A DNA stretch of 56,105 nucleotides, filler included, from Sphacelaria rigidula (Eukaryota), in assembly GCA_964200075.2 (NCBI GenBank). It is 6 parts of 6 records of this genome, joined end to end, with 100 filler letters (N's around TTAATTAATTAA, not from the genome) between each part and the next. Parts side by side here need not be neighbours in the genome. Positions count along the whole stretch, not along the records: positions 46,839 to 56,105 come from CAXNAA020008878.1; 5 more parts are not named here. One strand, written 5' to 3'. The translations under genes and the position numbers were made by a program. Positions 47,494 to 56,105 of the stretch are shown in pieces (position 1 is the first letter of the stretch; each line of letters opens with the position of its first letter). The notes beneath the pieces are model-generated. The model had not been told where the DNA came from and made no database searches. It was given only the letters and a program-made list of their open reading frames with translations.

Positions 47494-48040
47494 AGGTGAG
47501 GTAGGTACCCGGTACCATTATTTTGGACATCTCATATTCCACTGGTATCAGTCCAATTGGGTGCCATACCCACGACACCCACGATACCACGGTATTTGGG
47601 ACATCTCATACCCTACCGATATCGGTCCAATCGGGTATTTTCGAATGTCATACCGACGATACCGACGATACCACGGTATTTCGAGATTTCAATACCTACC
47701 GCACCCGCCCAATCGAGTATTTTCAGAAGACGTACCTACGATACCCACGAGACCACGGTATTTCGAGATTCGAATGCCTACCGCACCCGCTCAATCGGGT
47801 ATTTCCAAATGTCGTACCTACGATTCTGGCGATACCACGGTATTTCGAGATGTCAACGACCTACCGCACCCGCTCAATCGGGTATTTCCAAATGTCGTAC
47901 CTACGATACCGGCGATACCACGGTATTTCGAGATGTCAACGACCTACCGACCCGCTCAACGGGGTTGTTTCAAAACTCATCCTTGCAACACCCATACCAC
48001 GGTATGGGATACCCTGGTTAATACCGGGGGTATATCCGGT
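47494..48040 (+). repeat. Array of ~63-bp units (CGATACCACGGTATTTCGAGAT..CCTACCGCACCCGCTCAATCGGGTATTT)
   Basis: About 7 units, ending ATACCACGGTATGGGATACCC..AATACCGGGGG. Confidence 0.85.
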
Positions 48041-48934
48041 AAAGACCGGACGCAATGCACTCCCCGCAATGGAGTCCCCACAGTGCAGCAGCTGGTGCCA
48101 ACTATCGCAAATGCCAGAAGTGTCGGAGAAGACACGTCTTGTTTTCACAAGTAATATATCCGCAGATTCTCCCTGATTTTCGTGAATGGATCAATTCGAC
48201 TGAAGTTATTATCATGTAGTGTGATGTTCTTGTTAAATTGATATCAAGTTGATATTATATCATTGTTACTGTGCTGTACATTGTTTCAATATTCATGTCG
48301 AAGATGAGTGTCATATACAGTAAAATTCCACGTGCAAATAAGCAGAGAGAAAAAAACGGAAAGCAGCAAAAAGAGTTGGAGGGCGCAGAAAGCATACAGA
48401 AAAAAGAATTAGGTGCCAAAGTACCAGTTAAATAACCTTACGTATATATACAAATACGCATACCGTAAATACTGCGCCATTGCCGGGTGCTCTAGATGAA
48501 AGTATAGGACTACACGAAGAGGCAAACCCTGCTCTCACGTACTTCTGCACCTGCTTCCACGTACTACTGCAATACCTGAGTGCCATAAATTACGGCGCTA
48601 ACCCCTCGAAATGAAAATTGAACATGGAATTTCAACTTTGCACTTACTACCGCTCGTTGTCGCCGCTAACATTTACGATCATGGGCTGTGGCGTTAGAGT
48701 CAGAGTGTGAAAATGAATTCGATGGCTGCGTCCCACCTGCGTTGGCAGGTGCTGCTACAGGGGCTGATGCAGCTGGTTGGGTGTTCCCCGAGATATTCTT
48801 TACTCTACCGTTGCCACTCATGATGGGGTTGTCTTGTGTTTTGAGAAATGTGCAGGTTAGCGTTGTACGTTGTGTGCGGGTGGGCGTGGGGCTTCCCACC
48901 TTGGGCACATCAAACGTTTGACTGGCCAGGTTCC

Positions 48935-49319
48935 TCCGATACCACGGTATTTTGAGATACCAGTACCTACCGTACCTGCCCAATCGGGTATTTTTAAATG
49001 TCATGCCTATGATATTTATTATGCCATGATGTTTAGAGATACCAGTACCTACCGTACCCGCCCAACCGGATATTTTCAAAGCTTATACCTACGATTCCTA
49101 CGATCCCACGTTATTTCGAGATACCAGTACCTACCGTGCCCGCTCAATCAGATATTTTCAAGGTCATACCTACGATATCTACGATACCACGGTATTTCAA
49201 GATATCAGTCCGCACCCACTCAATCGGGTCTTTTCACAAAACGCATACGTACGATACCCACGCATACCACGGTATGGGATACCCCAGTAAATACCGGGGG
49301 TACTCTCGGTACGTCACCT
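48935..49319 (+). repeat. Second, same-orientation array of the same ~63-bp unit
   Basis: Same unit and same terminal block as 47494-48040. Confidence 0.85.
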
Positions 49320-49466
49320 TCCCTTCGGTTCCCATGCTTGATTGTTCCGGCATTGCTGCGTCGTCGGAAGAGTGCTCATACAGTACCCGATACTGCTCCA
49401 TGTTGAATACATGAAACTACGCGTGTTGATGAAATTGCTTGTTAACTGCCGGAAAAACAAGCGCAG

Positions 49467-49549
49467 GTGGAGGGGTTTGACGGAGGATCGAAGAGCACCC
49501 TCATCTGCGCAACGAACCGGAAGTCAGACCTCGATGCCGCTCTACTTAG
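49467..49549 (+). CDS. Internal exon of an AAA+ ATPase (sensor 1 / second region of homology)
   Basis: CAG|VEGFDGGSKSTLICATNRKSDLDAALL matches the AAA consensus DGF...I.ATNR...LD.ALL.RFD. Followed by AG|GCAAGT. Confidence 0.8.
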
Positions 49550-50012
49550 GCAAGTATCTCGTTCCGAAGGCACGTGTGCAACCCATCGAAGACATCCCTT
49601 GCTCCTGCAGGTAGCTTTGCATGTGACAATGTCTTTCCCAAGTTTCCTACATTGCGTTCACTTTTTGACCTGTAGCGTCATTTCGCATCAGTACCAGCGG
49701 CTGACAGTTTGGGAGTTGCCCTGTCTCTGAGTGGAGCATGTACATATCCCCCACTCGTCAGAGAACGCTTCCCACAGTACCCTTGTGTATATTCAGGGAA
49801 TCCCTAGGTGCTACAACACGCCTGAAGGAAGTAGGGCCGCCATTTTGATGGTTTCGATTAGGTAGCGTGATCTATTCTGTTCCTCTACAAGTCGATCAAT
49901 ATCGCCCACCGTGAGGTCAAGGTGAATTTGACCACTTGAGTAACGACAAGATAACCACCGGGGCACACGAAAAAAATGAGTACTTTGTCCCGTTTGTGCA
50001 GGCATTGCGACC

Positions 50013-50292
50013 TGTAGAGTAGTCTACCTCCAGTACACGTACGTGCAGGTTCATGATGATGAACACGTGGAACAATCTGCTGTAGGCGTTTTCTATTGGT
50101 TGACGGACTTGCGGGTCTGATCGGCAGACTATGTCGATTTGAACATCACATGCTCCACGCATGTGGTTACTTCCGATAACGAAGACTGTGTGTTGGTGAC
50201 GAACAACTGTCTTGAAGTCTCCAAGCCCTCGTGAGGGAGGAAGCCCTTGGAGCAGTCTTGTGACCTTGTTCTGAGTCCAGGAGGGCTCCATA
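50013..50292 (+). repeat. 5' LTR
   Basis: TGTAGAG...CTCCATA. About 20 substitutions versus the 3' LTR by hand count. Confidence 0.93.
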
Positions 50293-50452
50293 ATAAACGT
50301 TTATTAAGAGGAACCCGCTGGTTTCTGAAAAAGTTTTTTCAGCTGTGGTTAGCTGCGGAGAAGTTATATCAGACTTTGTACACAGGAGTGTGCACTCTGT
50401 CAGGTGAGGGAGCTCGCTGACAACGGAAAGACGGCTAGGTTGGCTGGAACTG

Positions 50453-53400
50453 TTGCGTGCAGCTACAGCAACGCGCAAGAAAGTGGGTGATGGCGATGAA
50501 GGCGAAGAGGTGAAGTTCAAGTTTACTGCGCTTGTGCCTGCAGGATCGCTGAAAGCCCTAGAGTACGGACGGCATTTTAGCGAAAATGCGTCCCGACGTG
50601 ATTACCAGAAATACGTCGAGTATGAAGAGGCGGTCAAGTCGAACAAAGAGGGAAGTAGTATGCAGGCCGTCTTATTGACTATTACTGAACTGGTGCCGAA
50701 GCACATTCATGCGTGTTTGTCACGCACGATTTTTGGCGGATCCGTGCTTGCCGAAGATGATCTCAAGGAGGCACTAGGCCGACATGCGAAATGTTGGCAG
50801 GATGGAGATATTGATCCTTCAGTTGCTGCCGCTGGTGTGCGGAAAGCGTTGGCGGCCCGCAACGAGCAGACTGCAATGGGAAGAGTAGACGGGCAGTGGG
50901 GTGCCCTGGAGGATTTTTTTGCTGAGAATGCTAGCGCTGAGCGTGCGTTCCGCGATGAAGATTTTAAACCAGGACCCGCTCAAATCATAACTCGGGAAAC
51001 GTTGAATGGACTGACCCCCCCGAATTCAAGACTAAAGTCCTCAACACGTTGAACATGAAAGGGGGGTGGAAGGACCCTGGGCTTGTGTATAACACGGCTT
51101 GGGAAGCAGCGGAGGGGTGGAAGGCGGTGGAAGCGGCGGATAAGCAGCGCCGTCAGCAGCCGCAGCTGAAACAAAGGAGTGGCAGCGGGACTTCCGGAAG
51201 CAAGCGCCGACCAGATGGTGGGAAAACGGCGAGCAGTGGAAATGGGACTGCCAGTTCCGGGAAAACCCACAAACCAGGCCCAAACTCTGCAGGATGTTTT
51301 ATACGTGGAGACAAGGGCCATTTCCGGAAGAATTGCAAGCAGCAAGGCCAGGCTGCTGCTACACAACGCAGTGACGGTGAACAGATGAAGGCTGGCGACA
51401 AGCAGCAACAACAACAGCAGCTGTCGCGGGACCCTGGACAGATGCCTCGCGGAGGGGGCACGAGTCCCGCTCCTACAAGGGCTGTCCCTTTAGCCGATGA
51501 ACAAAGTGCTCCCAGCGGGGGGGCGGCATTGCCACCAGAACCGGTCGCTTCTACTGGTGGCGTGCAGCAGACCATGTCATCGCACTTGTTCCCGGGTTCG
51601 AAATCTGAGGCGATGCCAGCATGGAGATCGCTCAAAGCGCGTGAGATGTCAGGTTTTCAATCTGAGGGTCTGCAAGTAGATAACAAGGAAATGTGGTGTC
51701 TGGTCACGGCTATTTTAGATTTAGGATCTGGACTTACGACCATGTCAGCTGGAGTGGCGGCGAAATTGCAAGCCAGGGTTTCAGATGGTCAAGTGGTGAG
51801 ACCGATGGCTGGTGAACAGTTGGTGAAATTGGCAAATGACAATGTTGAGCGCGTGAAGCAGAAAACTTGCAACTGCCCTGTCCGCACCGCTTTGCACATC
51901 AGCTGGGGTCCGGTTGTATTGGACCCATGATCCTATGCGGTCACGCCGGGTACCGATGATGTCATAATCATGGGGAGCCCTATGCTAAAGGAGCTTGGCA
52001 TCGACGTGTACAGTAGTTTAGGTGCCTGTGCGCGGGCGAGAAACACTTCGGTGCGTGGTGTAGACACGCCTGAATTCAAGGATTGTCGACGTATCAACAT
52101 CGCGGTTGAGGCTCTGCTGCACCAAGGTGATCGGGAGGAGCCCGTGAATCCCTCAGTCGAGCGGTTTGTGTCGCGCGGTCCGGAGATGAGTATGACCCGC
52201 CGAACATGACCTTGCTGAGCGTAAGGTCGCGGTGGAGGAGGCGGTACTAGCAGCTGCCAATAATGGTATGTCCGAGAGCGGCGTGGGCAAGCTTCGCGAG
52301 CTTGTAAACCGCGAATGCTTTTCGGCGAGCGCTACGTGGTGATCCACCCGCTCGTGTCGAGCCTCTCACGTTGACATTCAAACCTGGTGCTACGGCGGTT
52401 AAGGCTAGGCCGCAAGCATACTCTCCGGTTAAGATGGCATGGTTGGCACGTTGCATGGCGACGTTGGTGGCGCCCGGGCTCGTGTGTCGCAGTTTGCAGG
52501 CAGTATGGGCGAGCGCGGCCGTTGCAACTCCTCAAAAGGCGGTTTCAGACTGGTGAGTGATTACCGTGCCGTTAATAAGCAGATTGAGAAAGTGCCGACT
52601 GTGATGCCACACCAAGAAGCGGAGATGGCGGATTTCTTGGGGGCCGCTCGTTATGGAAAGTCAGACAAGCTGCAGGGATACTGGCAGATGCCGTTGGCGG
52701 CAGATGCCCAAGAAATCTCTACTATCGCAAGTCCTGACGGGTTATTTACGCCTACGCGCGTGCCTCAAGGAGTACTCAACGCTACGGGGTATTTTCAGGA
52801 CACTATGACGAAGCTATTGACTGGGCCTCCATGTAAGGTGTGGGTAGATGACATCTTGTGGTGGGGGGCAAATGAAGATGACTTGCTGTGCACGCTGGAT
52901 GCGATTTTAAGCCGCCTCGAGGATGCTGGTCTTTTTGCGGCTGCACACAAGTGTATGTTGTATGATTCGCAAATTACGTGGTGCGGAAAGGTTCTTTCGG
53001 GTGGGCAGGTGGCTCACGACAGGGAGCGGCTGAGCGGTGTGACGAATATGAGGCGTCGTCAAACCGCGGGCGAGTTGATGCAATTTTTGCAAGCGGTGAA
53101 TTGGCTGCGGGCGTCTTTTCCGCGCCTTGCTGAAGTGGTGGAGCCACTTCGTCTCCTGCTTGAGGAGCATATGGTGGACAACGTGCGCCGTACCAAGCGG
53201 GTTGCTTGAAACAGGACAATCAAGGAGGCGGCGTGAACGTTTGAGCGTGCGCAAGCTTGGACAGCGGCGCAAGATTTGGTGGCACATGCTGTTGCTCTGT
53301 CACATCCCAAGGAGGGCTATGAGGTGATGATGTTTCCAGACGCGTCGGATCTTCATTAGAGTAGCATCGTGACCCAGGTACCGGGCGATGAATTGAACCG

Positions 53401-55001
53401 CGATATAGCGGTGGAGGACATGAGTCATGAGCCCCTGGGATTCCTTAGTGGGACGTTTCGAGGAGCGCAGTTACGGTGGGCTACGGTGGACAAGGAAGGA
53501 TATGCCATCGTGAGTATGTTTCGTAGGTTGGAGTACCTTTTGTGGGGAGGAGTGACCATATTTACGGACCATCGCAATCTCGCTTATATTTCTGATCCCG
53601 AAGCATGTGTGACCACACTGGCGAAAACTCCCGCCCAGCGCCTTGAACAATTGAAGAGTGTACTCGGGCTGGTCACAGAGGGGTTGTGGCAACTTTACAG
53701 TGCTTACAAGAGTATTGTTGGTTCCGGATGGAGACTCATGTGACTGAGTTTGTGAAGCAGTGCTCGCACTGTTTGGATTCCAAGGCGGGGGAGAAGGTCC
53801 CGCGTCCCTTCTCGGGGAGACGGTGCATGGTACCCGCCCACGGGAGGTGCTGCATTTTGATTTTCTCCACGTTGGCGAGAGTGCCCCCCTGGGAAATAGT
53901 GGCTTGGACGAAGGAGACGGGTTCAAGTACATATTAATCATGATGGACGATCTGAGCAACTTCGTGTAGTTGGAGCCCGCGGAGTCTTGTACGGCGGCGA
54001 CGACGGTGAAGCATCTGTTGACATGTTGCAAACCGCTGGGGTCGCCGGAGGTATGGGTCAGCGATACGGCATCGCATTTCAAGAATCGTGTCATGAGAGC
54101 GCTTGAGAAGGCGCTGAAGCTGGATCGCCGATTCGCGGTTGCTAAGTCGCCATGGTCTAATGGCACCTGTGATCGAATGATGCGTGAGATTGTTCGTACC
54201 TTGGAGGCAATGTTGCAAGAGGAAAGGCGTGATATTCGTGAATGGGTGAGTTTGGGACCTGCAGTGCAGTGAGCATTGAGCACTGCTTCCGGAGAGCGTT
54301 ATGCTAGCACGTCATACCATGTTATGTTTGGCCGTGCACCGCGCATCGTCAACTGGGGGCGGATGGAACGTCGATGTGCTTGACGAAGACGCTTGGAGGC
54401 GACAGGTGACGTCAATCGTTGAGGCTCAGCACGAGTTGCACAAGAACGTGGCGCAGCGTGTTGACAAGAATCGCGATCTACAGAGACGTGTGGCTAGTAA
54501 GGGGAAGCTTCCTAAGTTTGTGGTGGGCGATTACGTGCTGGCGGCAAGGGTGAGACGTTCGGGAACTACGCCGAAGCCTGTGAGTACGTGGACCGTGCCT
54601 TGGCGGATTGTGACCGCGGAACAACATCTGTACGGGGTACAGAACATCGTGAATGGTGAGGTACAGGATGTGCATGTCGCCCGCCTTCGATTTTATGCGG
54701 ACAAGGAGCTGAAGATTACAGCTGATGTTAAGGGGGTGTTCCAGTATGCTTTTGCACAAGGCGAATTCGAGATGGCGGGTATTGTCGGTATATATGAGAA
54801 CGAAGCAAGAGATGGATTTTATGTACAAGCGGAGTAGGTCGGATGGAGTGGGTCGGGTTTGGCCAAGATGAAAACTCGTGGGAGCCTCTGGAAAATATTC
54901 TGAACAGAGCCCCGAAATCTGTAAAATCTGAGCTGCGTCAGTTGGGACTAAGTAAAAAGGTGCAAGCACGTTTGCAGGCAAAGTATGGTATGAAGCTTTA
55001 A
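50453..55001 (+). pseudogene. Disrupted gag-pol of the Gypsy element
   Basis: ORF pieces 50453-51052, 51049-51930, 51970-52209, 52439-53209, 53369-53743, 53760-54272 and 54301-54837, plus a chromodomain tail ending at the TAA at ~55001. Confidence 0.9.
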
Positions 55002-55301
55002 AATATGATGGTATCGAATGCTACTGGTTGCGATGGTACTATACTTGGCACGTTTGCTTTGTGTGAGAATGCCTACGTGGAAATTACCGTTGAAAAATGG
55101 TTGACTTCCCTGAGTTCGCTTGAGACATTGTCTTTGAGTGTCGATGTTCAAGGTTGTGCACGTTATCATTTTCGTGGAATATGACAGTACAAGGTCGTGT
55201 GTCACTACCGGGGAGACAGAAACAACATACGTGATTGTCGGTGTCTACTGTTTTGTCAAACTCGCGTTCTACTTCGAGTAGTGCGGAGTTTTGGGGGGTG
55301 C

Positions 55302-55581
55302 TGTAGAGTAGTCCACCTCAGGTACACGTACGTGCAGGTTCATGATGATATACAAGTGGAACAATCTGCTTTAGGCGTTTTCTATTGTTTGACGGACTCG
55401 TGGGTCTAATCGGCAGACTCTGTCGATTTGAACATCGCATGCTTCACGCGTGTGGTTACTTCCGATAACGCAGACTGTGTGTTTGTGACGAACAACTGTC
55501 TTGAAGTCTCCAAGCCCTAGTGAGGGAGGAAGCCCTCGGAGCAGTCTTGTGACCTTGTTCTGAGTCCAGGAGGGCTCTATA
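55302..55581 (+). repeat. 3' LTR, preceded by a G-rich PPT-like tract (55285-55301)
   Basis: Direct repeat of 50013-50292, reading TGTAGAG...CTCTATA. Confidence 0.93.
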
Positions 55582-56105
55582 GACCTTCCCCATCTTCTTT
55601 AATGGAGATGGTCCACATTGCTGTAGAACGCTGAGCAGCGATAGAAGCCACGCGCAGAGGGAAGCGATCACAATGTGCCGCACTGTTACACAGCCGCTGA
55701 CGAAACAAGTCTTGACGTACGATGTAACAGCAGCACAATACCATGGAGCTGAGATGATGTGGCATAGAGGGCAACATGTAAACCTGCAGTGGGCGCGCCA
55801 ACATTGCCTTGGAAGACTAAGACTGGTAGAGCAAGGTGTAGAATATGTTGCATATATCACATTTGGACGTTGTCGCCAGCGTGCACCTCTCACTTGCGTC
55901 TGGCAACATTTACCGCCTGCACAGCCAAGCACGACGTACACATACATGACCTGGTCTGTACAAGTCGATCAAGAGTGACACTGCACTTATCTCTATACAA
56001 CCGTTCGAAATTCACTTGCTCGTATGAAGGGGGGGGGGGGGGGGGGGGGGGGGGCGGGGCGCTTTTCCCCCGGGGTTTCCCTCCCTCCTTTTTTTTTCCC
56101 CTCTG

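Larger units (their letters stand above)
50013..55581 (+). mobile_element. Decayed Ty3/Gypsy LTR retrotransposon with a chromodomain and both LTRs
   Basis: Two 280-bp LTRs and TSD GACC (50009-12 and 55582-85). Domain order: gag with degenerate zinc knuckle CFIRGDKGHFRKNC, PR (ILDLGS), RT (DYRAVN, GYWQ, PQG, WVDD), RNase H (FPDAS, FTDHRNL), IN (GHRG..CSHC, WVSDTASHF) and chromodomain (EWVGFGQDENSWEPLENI). Many stops and frameshifts. Confidence 0.95.

Noticed and set aside
47494..49319. Long ORFs (47390-48154, 47523-48176, 48870-49406) as repeat proteins, or a CRISPR array
   Set aside because: They are open in several frames only because of the tandem unit. There are no unique spacers and no coding or splice signals.
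39614..49549. SEC24 and AAA ATPase as a linked trafficking gene cluster
   Set aside because: They lie on different, arbitrarily joined contigs.

Overview
Eukaryotic nuclear DNA, about 50% GC and rich in introns and repeats. The intron style and repeat types suggest a stramenopile, probably a brown alga (inference only). The window is not contiguous: it is six unrelated contigs of 9268, 9268, 9268, 9267, 9267 and 9267 bp joined by identical 100-bp N44-TTAATTAATTAA-N44 linkers, so nothing can be inferred across the gaps. Genes: the 5' seven coding exons of SEC24 (COPII), a multi-exon minus-strand WD40-repeat gene that needs a GC-AG intron, the first two exons of a type II membrane protein, one AAA+ ATPase exon, and two small orphan exons. 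Mobile DNA: a decayed Ty3/Gypsy chromodomain LTR element with both LTRs and a 4-bp TSD, older Copia, Gypsy and LINE remnants, two tRNA-headed SINE-like elements, and several MITE-type elements with TA, TTAA or 8-bp TSDs. The most unusual signals are a dispersed ~60-bp element family bounded by poly-G tracts, a 293-bp MITE that is one continuous hairpin, and a chromodomain Gypsy element with a palindrome where a tRNA primer-binding site should be. There is no prokaryote-type system such as CRISPR, and I cannot claim a new multi-gene system from this sequence.
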